The notes beneath the pieces are model-generated. The model did no database searches and was not told the origin of the DNA. It was given only the letters and a program-made list of their open reading frames with translations. Below are positions 53,259 to 64,000 of a DNA stretch of 64,000 nucleotides, piece by piece. Numbering within the stretch: position 1 is the stretch's first letter; every line of letters begins with the position of its first letter. The stretch lies in assembly GCA_051294375.1 (NCBI GenBank), contig CM119264.1, forward strand, positions 21,403,045 through 21,467,044, written 5' to 3'. Source of the stretch: Paraspadella gotoi (taxonomy: Eukaryota > Animalia > Chaetognatha). The position numbers and the translations under genes were made by a program.

Positions 53259-55371
53259 CTCCCACTCTGTCCCCCTCCTCTCCCCATCTCTCTCTGCTTG
53301 CGAAAAGATGAATCGACTGTGAGGAAATCAGCGGAAAAGATGCGGAAAAAATTGCACCTGAAGAACCGGAAGGCGCCGAGGGAATCGAAGATAGATGGAG
53401 CGCGAGCTGAAAAAAAATGGCAGCTCACATCAAAAGTAGTACATATATATATATCTATATATATATATATATAAAATATAAATAAAACGTTATAAAAGGA
53501 TTTTATTTTCCCACTTCTAGATTTTAATTCTCGGCCATCCAGACGCGCGCCAAAACAGATAAAAAACTTACAGTTTTCGTGAAGAGAAAGGAGAGAAGTT
53601 GAAACTTGAAACTGTCCCCTTATAACCCGTTCAAACTGCGCCTTTTTGGACGGCGTAAAACATGCTCATCCATCCCGGTGACGATACACCCCCCCCCAGA
53701 AAAAAAGGAAATAATCCGTTTAATCGCTTCAAAGAATGCCGCTATGGCCCAGGATAAACATATTTGAAGATATTTGAAGCTTTTGAAACGAACATTTTGA
53801 AGACATATCATGGATGAAACGATAAATATAGATTATAAATGATTGCAAAAGAACAAACAAATATTATTATATGAACAATTATACATATGTTTATATATTT
53901 GTAGTAGGTATTTTGACAATCGAGTCTCTGTCTCTGTCATTACCTACTCCGCACCTCATCTAAATCGAACCCCAAGGGCGTACAAAGTTCCCCATCCTAC
54001 CAAGAACTCTTCCCCTCCCCGACTCAACCTTCTTTTTCCAAGCCCCAACTATTCTTCCCTTTCCCCGCCAACCGCCATTGTCCCCACACTCACCCCCCGC
54101 CCCCCCCTCGACCCGTCATACCGCCGTCTCGAGATCGCGTCAGATGCGAATGGCAGAAAAAAAAAAAAGAAACTATGATATAAAAAATAAAGAAAAAAAA
54201 AACCCGCCTTTTGTCACTTTATCATTCAGAGTCTATGCAGATGAGACCGTCAAAAGGGACAGCGATATCATCAGGATCGTCGTCGTCTTCTTCTTCTTTT
54301 TCGTCGTCATCATTCTCAGCAGAATCCTCACCGCCTCCTTTCCGTCCTATCGAGGTCGTCGTTTTCGTCGTCGTCGTCGTCGTCGTCACCCAAACCTTCC
54401 GCCCGGCCTCCCCCCCCCAAAGTCTCCCCTGATCGTCCCGGTCGAATGGCGATAAAATTATATACATTTTGTTAAACGTATTATAACAGTTTTCGCTGGA
54501 GACGCCCTCGGCCCCGATGAAGGATTCGCCCTCCAGAGAAAAACTCTTTTCTTTTCTTTATTTTATATATTTCTTGCTTCTTTTTTTTCTTTTTCATTGC
54601 ATTTCCTTTCAGTCTTTCTTACTTTCCTTTCTTTTTTTTTTCATCCTTTCTATATTGTTTTTTTTCTGCCTTTCTCTTTTTCTTTTACTTTTTTCTTTCA
54701 TCTTTCTTTCTATTTTTTATTTTTTTCTTTCTTTTATCATGATGACACTAACGAGGATATTGGAAGCACTCCATCCTCCTCTTTTCTCCTCTCTTCTTGT
54801 TATGATCGCCTTCTTTCTTCCCCCACCCCTCCCAGCCCATCCGCCACCCTCTAGATTAAAAAAACAGACTGATGGTCGCTATCGTCGGACCAATTTGCCG
54901 GAGCTCTCGATTTTCGTCGTCGTCGTCGTCGTCATCGTCGTCGTTGTATAGGTTGTTGTTTTTGACCCATCAATTTCTTCGACGGGCCATGTCTGGCCAG
55001 TTTGGTCAAATACGGTCTCGAAAGGCCTCGAGTAAGAGATTCCCCCTTTTGTTTTCTAAACAGGTGAAGAAAAGATTATTTCGATGTCTCTTTCATGGAG
55101 TTCGTCTCCGACTTCTCTTTGTGCTTATCATTAATATCTTCCTTTTCTTTCTCTTTTTCAACATCTTTTGTTTAACTTCTTTTCCTTCTCTTTTTCATCT
55201 TGTTCCAACTAAATAGATAACTAACTAAGTTAAATAAATTATAAATAAATAAGTAAACGTTTCTAACCGCGCAACTGAAACACATCGCATCTTATTGATA
55301 ACAATAACAAGAATTTGCTTGAGCCAAATTACAAATCTTTTCTCGCGTTATCGAAAGTCTTCTTTTAACAT

Positions 55372-55411
<40 letters not shown>

Positions 55412-55595
55412 TGTTCCGCATCGTCGAGGCCAACGTCAACGTCCGTTCGTCGTTTCGGACGCCATTGTCTTAATTGACGTCAATTGTCACTCAGCAAACA
55501 CGGTAATTCACTTCATCTCCTGCGTCGTTATCTTCGTCGTCCTCTTCGTTTGCTTCCTCACCTTCGACGTCGTCGTGAACGTCGTCGGTGATTTG

Positions 55596-55640
<45 letters not shown>

Positions 55641-55770
55641 TCGTCGTCATTTGACGTCATTCTCTGGCCTTTTTTTTCGTTTTCCTTTTCGTCGTTATCG
55701 TCGTCATCACCCTTCCATTGACGCGCGTATTAATGCAGGATCCTCGATCTCCCGTCCCTTCTCCCCCCCC

Positions 55771-55873
<103 letters not shown>

Positions 55874-56884
55874 CTCCCCGCGGACAGAACGTCTTTCAAA
55901 GCAACAAAGATATGAAGAGATTCTATGGTGAAACGTATAAGCTCGAATGGAGAGCGAAAGAGAGAGAGAAGGGGGGGGATATTATGATGATGGCGAGTTA
56001 GGGTAATGACATCCGAGGAGGAAGAGGAGGTGGTGAGAGGGAGGATGGGGGAGCGAAAAAAAAGGATGAAAGATGCTCCGGCCGAAAATGACGCGAAAAG
56101 AATAAATTAAAAGCTTCTCTTCGTTTTGCACCGTGCGGTTTAATATTTTGCAGAAAGCGTTTGCATTTATGTAAATAGATTTTAAGCGTTATAACGCTAA
56201 TAAATGCGGCATATAGTACTTATGGTTGACGATTTTTAAAACTTAAAAATAAATCCAAACCACCGGCCCGATTTCCTTGGCGTTAACTTTCTTTTATTCC
56301 AAGACTCGATCGCTCTATTCAACGATTTTTTTTTCCCCGACCACCCTGTATCATCGGACTCTCGGCCGAATTTGATTAATGGAATTCTCAGGTTTTTTTT
56401 TCTTCTTCTCCCATTTGAAATTCCGATGAGCGAGCGGGGAGGTTCGGCTTTGGAGGAGAGACCTCGGGAAGGAAGAGTTGATTATCCGGAAACGAGCCGA
56501 TTTCGATCAAATATCCTTTACATACTAATAAGCGTTTTTCAATTGAGGCTGCGAAGGAAAGAAATGAAGAAAAAAGTTGGGGAAAAGGTGTTTCGAGCTT
56601 CGGACGCAGATTCGATCGACGCGACGAGTTGTACTGGCCGGTTTGGTGAGGCAGTGACTTTTAAGCCACTAAAGAGATACGTCAGGTTTAATTTATAACA
56701 ATAAATCAGTTTTGTTGTGAAGTTTTATTTAAGTTTTATTTAATTCACACGGATGAAGGTCTGAAATCAAACTGTGATTTGTTTATTAAAAATTCGTTTT
56801 GAAAACAAAGAAAACTTTCCTTATCTCAAACAGAAATAGCCAGATCTTTTCTTCCCATTCGTAGGTCGACTATTGTATAAAATT

Positions 56885-57334
56885 CGCTTAAATTCACCTA
56901 ATGCTTAATCATCTCTTAATAATCTCTTAATCTCATCACTTAATAATATTCACTTAAATTCACTTAATGCTTAATCATCTTAATCATCTCTATCTCAATC
57001 ATCTCTTTATCTCCTCACTTAAATTCACTTAATGATTAATCATCGCTCTACTGTCTTGGGTTATAACGATTACCTTACTCTCAGTATTCTTATCTCCAGC
57101 TCCCGTTTAAATCTCCTATTATGGCAACGGGTTACATGTGTGATGCCTTGGGTGTGAGGCATCTCCCGACAGCTGGCGCTCAGGGCTTTGGACCTGTAGT
57201 GACCACCCCATGTCACTGGCGTGTTCATGCCGACACTATCACACTTTCACCAGCGTGACAGTGAGGGGATTGAACTCAGAACGAGTACTTAGCTGTCCAA
57301 GCCGAGCTGGGTTTGACCAAACTATACGGAAGGC
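56885..57334 (-). mobile_element. tRNA-derived SINE (family 2) with tandemly repeated tail
   Basis: Minus strand has A-box-like TATAGTTTGGTCAA, B-box GAGTTCAATCC (57267-57277), a GC-rich body and repeated ATGATTAAGCATTAAGTGAATTTAAG units at 56885-57045. Confidence 0.5.
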
Positions 57335-57756
57335 GAATTTAGGATTCGCCACACTATCATTATTTCTCTCACTTCCTTTCTCTGTGCTCCTATCACTCTC
57401 GCTATTTTCAATCTTAATCACTCTGATAACTTTCAATTCACACCCTCACTCATCACTAAAGTCGTTATCTTCCGGTAGTATCTGCGACTATCCTCAACTC
57501 GAGACGAGCTCCTCCCTTCGCTTTCATTCTTTCACTCCTTCATATCGTTATCACTGTGGTCCCTTTTACCTTTTCACGCTCACACTATCACCCCTGAAGT
57601 CGCAAAAAACTCCTCTTTCCTTTCAGATGCCGAAATCTTTTTATCATCGCTTTGTCCTCTATAATTTTTTTCTTTTCTTCCGCAGCTGAGAAGAGGAAAA
57701 GAGAAGAAGATAGAGAGATATAAAAAAGAGAAAAGGGTGAAGAGAGAGAGAGAGAG

Positions 57757-57832
<76 letters not shown>

Positions 57833-58325
57833 TATCTGCCTGTAGAGCACGGACGACGATGACTGTGACTTTGATTTAAATATTTATTTTTGTGTTAAAA
57901 CGATGAACCTTAAAGAAAAGAACATCGCGCAAAGTTAGTTTCAATCGCCCTGTAAACCAGTGAAGGGTGAAATGAAGAGGATATTGTCAAGCATGACGAT
58001 TTTACCATCGTTGAAGATTTACTTCCTTCAACGATCAGCCTTTTTTAAATAGAGTATTCTGATTTATTTTTAAATTATCTCCTTCTAGTAATTATAAAAT
58101 ATAAATTACCAAAGTTTGTTAACATAGTGATGGCAAGACAGAATTCTTTCCTCTATTTCGTAATTGGACTCACGGCTAAAAGATTGTGGACAGTGAGCGC
58201 CGGAGGCGTGGTTGGGTTAGGAAGACTCACGACGATCATGAACTCGAGGGCGTGGAAGCCGGGTGGGCGCGCCTGGGCTTGACTCACATTGGCAGAATGA
58301 CTCGACAAAAAGTCGGCAGGGAGGA

Positions 58326-58381
<56 letters not shown>

Positions 58382-59838
58382 AGATGCCTCAGAGGAAGCT
58401 GTATCGATGATAATGAGCGGCCATTCATTGGGATCGTCGACCGCGGGATTTTCCTTCGCTTTTCTCGCGACTGAATTTCCGATGCTCGCGATTCGTCGCA
58501 GAAATTAGATTCATTACGATCTCTTCATTGATGATATCATTTAGTGAATAAAACTTTTGTTTATTTAACTAGAAATCGATGTCAAGACTGACGGTCTGAA
58601 TGAAGGAATTAAAGGATCTCATGTTTCAACTCAACTCTCAATTCTCCCAAACGATTAATATTTTTATCGAGCCATGACCGGCGAAGCCGGTTCAGGCTCG
58701 ATATTGATTCGGGTCAGCTTCTTTGTGACGTCGTCGTCGTCGTCGTCGTCGGCGTCACGCTTTTTTGTATAAAAACTACTACGCTTTTATAGTTTTGGCT
58801 GGACTTACCGTTTTTTTTAAATAAAAATTATTATTAATTACGATGAAGTTTTATAAAAGTGTGCGATCATAGTAAGTTAAAAATTTAGATATGGCTTCTC
58901 ATCTTGAAATAGCTCTGATATTTTCTTATTACATTTGGATTTGTCTTTTTTGTTTGAATTTCCACTTCATTTTGATTTACTGCAATATGCAAATGAGATT
59001 ATAGTACTCATTATAGTATCCAAATTAGTATATAGAAATGCTTTAATCTAATTTACATATTGCAGTATATAATATTGAAGATGAAATTCAAAAAAATGTT
59101 TTTAAATCTATAATAACAATGGGAACTCAAAGGAACTTTTTAATGAGAAGCTATATCTTAATTTTAATACAAATAAAAATAAAATCTTTTACAAGCTGCA
59201 ATTGGAAAAAATTGGAAGAATTTCCAATTGTAAACAATTGTAACATATTTTTGCCTTTCTTTTATTTGTTTAAATTATATATATATATATTTTTTTCTTT
59301 TTCTGCAACGAGTTCATGCTCTGCAGTGACTGTACAGCGGCTTTCCAGCAGCTGTCCAGCTTTGTCTCTCTCTGTTTCTCTCTCTCTCTGTCTTTCTCTC
59401 TCTGTACAATCGTTCGTTTTTTGAAAAATTCTTATTATTTCTTTCCTTTTAAAAACTTATTATCGCCATTTATTTTTTTTTTCAATACAAAATCCCAAAT
59501 TTACATCCGAGATTTTTGTGGATTCATTTTAGAAAAAGGGAAGAATAACTTATAATGCAGGCAATGTCACATGTACATCAGCTTGATGCTGTACAAATAC
59601 CTGCTATATGTCCGGCAATTGCGCGGATTAATTTAATTGCATATATAATTTTCTAAAAAAAATAATTTTTTTGTTTTTGTTTATTATTGTAACTTTGGAC
59701 CAGTCGGCCCACTATTGGCAAATTATATCTAAAATAGTAGTTGAGAAGAGAGATATAGTCAAATTAAACATTACTTTTTTTGTTATTCTGATAATTTTTA
59801 CAATTTTAAATTTGTAAATTTTTTTTAGTGTATATATT

Positions 59839-60018
59839 AGAGAGAGCAAAGAATTTTGAATTTAACAACGATTTTTTATTAGTAGTTGGACATGTTTCGG
59901 CTTGCTTATTTCAAGCCGAAACATGTCCAACTACTAATAAAAAAATCGTTGTTAAATTCAAAATTCTTTGCTCTCTCTAATACCTATGAACAACGAAAAA
60001 GAAAGGATTAACGCATCA
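59839..60018 (+). mobile_element. Penelope-like palindromic retro-insertion (3' half of hammerhead plus inverted copy) with 12-bp TSD
   Basis: Palindrome 59835-59982 centred on GGCTTG-CTTATTT-CAAGCC, followed by GAAACATGTC, AATAAA and tail AACAACGAAAAAGAAAGGATT. Direct repeat AGTGTATATATT at 59827-59838 and 60019-60030. Confidence 0.8.
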
Positions 60019-60253
60019 AGTGTATATATTTAATCATTTTTATCTTTTTTAAAAATAATAATTATTTGAGTCGGGATAAATATTTATAAATTAGTTAAAT
60101 ATGCAAATATGAAATTTGACCTCGGTCTGGTTTCTTCTTAAAAAAAAGAACAATATAAAATTTCATTCAAGATTAAAACTTTTTTAAAGAAAGGAAAAGA
60201 GTTCGTCCCTACTCAGATTCGTCGAAAAACAAGTTCAGCGGCGGTCCAGCTTT

Positions 60254-60288
<35 letters not shown>

Positions 60289-60428
60289 TTTTCTTTCTAT
60301 TTATTCCGCCATTTATTCCGCGCTTTTTTCTCAATACAAAATCCCAAATTTACATCCGAGATTTTCGTGGATTTTTTTTCTAAAAATTCTGATTATTCTT
60401 TATATAAACGAGAGTGAAAACTGACCAG

Positions 60429-60465
<37 letters not shown>

Positions 60466-60494
60466 CATACACGCATTTGTTTGTTTTATTTACG

Positions 60495-60708
60495 ATGAAT
60501 GATTCATCGCGTCAATGAATGACTATCATCGCATCAATGAATGATTATCATCAAATCAATGAATGATTATCATCACATCAATAAATGACTATCATCGCAT
60601 CAATCATTTGATTATCATCACATCAGTTATTTTGTTATCATCACATCAATTATTGGTTATCATCGCATCAATATTTGGTTATCATCGCATCAATATTTGG
60701 TTACCATC
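60495..60708. repeat. About 22-bp minisatellite inside HINE family B
   Basis: AATGAATGACTATCATCGCATC-like units in tandem. Confidence 0.85.
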
Positions 60709-61560
60709 GAAAGCAGGCTCGATCCTTATGCTTTTAAGATTGTTTTTAATTGGTTTCAAAATTTAAATTCTAATATCAACTTTTTTAAAAAATATATAAA
60801 TCTTAATAATAGAAGACACAAACTCGTTTTTTTGCTCGAAAAATGTTTGATTCTTTTTGAAACTTTCTGTTTTGTTAAACGTTATGGCATTATTTGTATC
60901 CGTTGTTGATAATTAAGGTTAAGTGTATATTTCATTTATCTATGTACATAATTTGTACATTTGTACATTTGTACATACCCCCATGTCCAGCTGCCTTCGC
61001 AACTTTCTGCTAAATTTCACAGATGTATCTTGCGGAAGACGATGACGCGAGCAGTTCACCGTCCGTTGCACACAAGATCCCGAACTTCGGATCGGGCTGT
61101 GTTAGACGGTGGGTTAGACGCCCCTTCGCGCTTACTTGTGTAAAGTACCCGAGTCCTTTGGGTTGGGAGAAGCTCGTGCTACCTCCGGCGCCATTGGTGC
61201 TGCTGATTCTCGGTCGAGTAACGGGGTTTGAAATACTACCGCTACAATCTGCTATTAGTTTTGAATATAGCGTCTGTACTGTTAAGGGTTAAGACTTTTG
61301 ATTGTTTATTAGTTACTTCGTTTAATTTTGTCGTTGTTTGTTTAATTTTTTAATTCTAAACATGGAGTCCCATTCCGCCCTGATCATGATTTAGAAAATC
61401 ATTTCAGTACCTAATGATAGCTAATATAAACAAAATTTTTTTTGTTAGATTCACATTATCGTTTGATCACAGATAGAAAAGATTATTCAGCAAAATCTTG
61501 ATGTAAAAAGAAAAATAACAAATAAAATGGGGAAAACAGAATGATATTGAAGAGAGAGAT

Positions 61561-61641
<81 letters not shown>

Positions 61642-61796
61642 TGAAAACTGGAGTGATGATTCTCCTAAAGAGTGATAAGTATCCGTCGCTCTTTCTTTCT
61701 GATGGATATACGCCGCCGACACCGTTCTTTTTATTTCTTTTCGCTTCAATGATTTCGGATTCAAATGAGATGCTTTCTCTCTCTCACACTCTTTCT

Positions 61797-61862
<66 letters not shown>

Positions 61863-62310
61863 CATTTTCCTCTCTCCGACCGCATAAAAAGGCAAAAATC
61901 TATAAGGCATCATGCCGGCAGCGGGTACGCGCTTTCACAGCAGCGGGCCAGCTCTCTCCCTCTCCCTGCGGCCCACCAATCGTCTGAAAAGTCCTAATAT
62001 TCCGTAAACGAATCCCAATATTGCAATACAGAATCCCAATTTACTCCGAATTTGTGTCATGAAAAGAAAGGAAAAAAACAAAGACACACACACACACACA
62101 AAACCAACGCAACCAAAGCAAAACAATAAAAAAAAAGACGTGAAAACCTCTACCCACCTGCCACATGTGCAAATAACTAAAAAAAAGAGAAACAAAAACC
62201 AACCTGGACCTGATAAACATAATAGCATATAAAAAGGCAAAAATTATAATGTGGCTCGAATACATCAATTCATTTTTACGCCCATTGTGACTTTGTATAG
62301 AAGTTTATCA

Positions 62311-62832
62311 TTTTTATCGAGCCAGGACAGGCTTCGCCTGGTCCTGGCTCTATAATGATTAAGGATTTCTTCTCTGTAACGACGTCGTCGTCGTCGTCGG
62401 CGTCACTCTGTTTTTATATAAAAACTACTACGCTTTTATAGGTTTGGCTGGGACTTACAGTTTTTTTTAAATAAAAATTATTATGAATTATGATAAAGTT
62501 TTATAAAAGTGTGCAATCATAGTAAGTTAAAAATTTAGATATGGCTTCTCATCTTGAAATAACTTTGATATTTTCTTATTACATTTGGATTTAAGTATTT
62601 TTTGTTTGAAATGCTTTAATATAATTTACATATTGCAGTATATAATATTGAAGATAAAATTCAAAATTTTTTGATATCTATAATAAAAATAGGAAATCAA
62701 AGGATCTTTTTAATGAGAAGCTATATCTTAATTTTAATACAAATAAAAATAAAATCTTTTACAAGCTATGATTTGAAAAAATTGGGAAAATTTTAAATTG
62801 TAAACAATTGTAACATATTTTTGCCTTTCTTT

Positions 62833-62887
<55 letters not shown>

Positions 62888-62976
62888 TTTTCTGAAAAAA
62901 CGAGGTCAGACTCTGCAGTGACTATACAGTGGCCTTCCAGCAGCAGTCCAGCTTTGTCTCTCTCTGTTTCTTTCTG

Positions 62977-63022
<46 letters not shown>

Positions 63023-64000
63023 CAATCTCATGCCTGATCGTTCGTTTTTTGAAAAATTCTAATTATTTTTTTCCTTGTAATTATTCTAATTATTCCAATA
63101 CAAAATCCCAAATTTACATCTGAGATTTTCGTTGATTTTTTTGAGAAAATGTGAAGAATATCTTACTTGACCTGGATTTCGTGGCCGTTGCAGGGCAACG
63201 AGTAAACAATGTCAAGGAACATGACCTAATAACGCGTTTTGATGGTAACGGAAACGTTACATTTATAAACAAGTTTGAGCAATGTCGAATCGGTAATTAA
63301 TTAATTGATAATTAATTAATAATTATTTCAAGTTAATTAATTATTTAATTAATTAATAATTAATTTATTCAAGGTAATTATTTAATTAATTAGGCAATTA
63401 ATTAATTAATTTGATCAGAAATGTTTGTTTTGATTGATTAATTGACTGATTAATTAATTATTGATTAATTAATTGACTAATTGATTATTTAACTGATTAA
63501 TTATTTGATTAATTAATACATCTTGCATTTACATTTAAAATAAAAAGAAAAATAATCAATTAGTGAAATAGGTTCTTTGTTTTTTCCATTTAAACTCAGT
63601 TCCACTCGGACGATTCCATCGAAACTTCATATACAGCTCGATCAAACACTTCCCTACCCACACACAAAATTTTATTCCAATCTATCCATCCAATCACGAG
63701 TAATTGGTGTTTTTTGCTAAGGTGGGATGGACGGACGGACTGACGGACGGACGGACTGATGGACTGACAGACTGACGGACTGACGGGCGAACGGACGGAC
63801 GGACAGACATCGTTTTTTTTTGCATTATTTATCATAATTCGATGTTCTGACATGATATAAGTGAGTGCCCGACAATATTGAGGGGGCGGACCGACAGACC
63901 GACAAAGTGAATTATAGAGTTGGGATCTGCAGATCCGACTAAAAAAAATCAACTTGACCGAGATCACGCCGCAACGGATAACCAATATAAACGAGAGTGA
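62311..64000 (+). mobile_element. HINE family B copy, interrupted, running off the window
   Basis: 62311-63160 is colinear with 58661-59550. After the family A insert it resumes with TATAAACGAGAGTGA, which matches 60403-60417. Confidence 0.75.
63268..63945 (-). mobile_element. HINE family A copy nested in family B
   Basis: AACAAGTTTGAG start, ATTA-rich block, one unit of about 150 bp, (GGAC/TGAC)n, and GCAGATCCGACTAAAA end. Highly similar to 6660-7503. Confidence 0.85.

Larger units (their letters stand above)
58661..60747 (+). mobile_element. HINE-like non-autonomous Helentron, family B, full length
   Basis: 5' TTTTT-ATCGAGCC...GGCTCGAT hairpin (58666-58702); (GTC)n microsatellite; 22-bp minisatellite; 3' subterminal GGCTCGAT (60716-60723), short CTTA..TAAG stem and TTGTTTTT end. 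A homologous copy starts at 62311. Confidence 0.75.

Overview
Eukaryotic, most likely invertebrate animal, genomic DNA. It is AT-rich, dense in (GA)n/(CT)n and (GAC)n microsatellites, has short GT-AG introns and two N gaps, and shows no prokaryotic signal (no operons, CRISPR or rRNA). Most ORFs in the supplied track are microsatellite artefacts. One complete gene is well supported: a 3-exon, minus-strand major facilitator superfamily transporter (ZIFL1/Tet-like) at 47837-49479. Partial coding evidence includes a Cys/Trp-containing terminal exon (11671-11973, minus strand), a series of Cys-rich antistasin/vWC-like exons (31364-33623, plus strand), and a Gly-rich ORF running into a 2.6-kb array of 54-bp repeats. 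The rest is a patchwork of mobile DNA: two reciprocally nested Helentron/DINE-like (HINE) families, TTAA-flanked MITEs, a foldback element carrying CCCTAA telomere-type motifs, tRNA-derived SINEs and LINE 3' fragments. Two observations stand out. (i) Miniature palindromic insertions contain a Penelope-type minimal hammerhead ribozyme (whole or 3' half), each flanked by a 12-bp target-site duplication (46835-47046, 59839-60018). (ii) A non-autonomous Transib/RAG-like element has a CACTG TSD and asymmetric RSS-like heptamer-spacer-nonamer ends (51161-52067). Parts of 14-17, 22-25 and 28-32 kb look like poorly polished long-read sequence, so frames there are unreliable. All calls are from manual reading; no searches were run.
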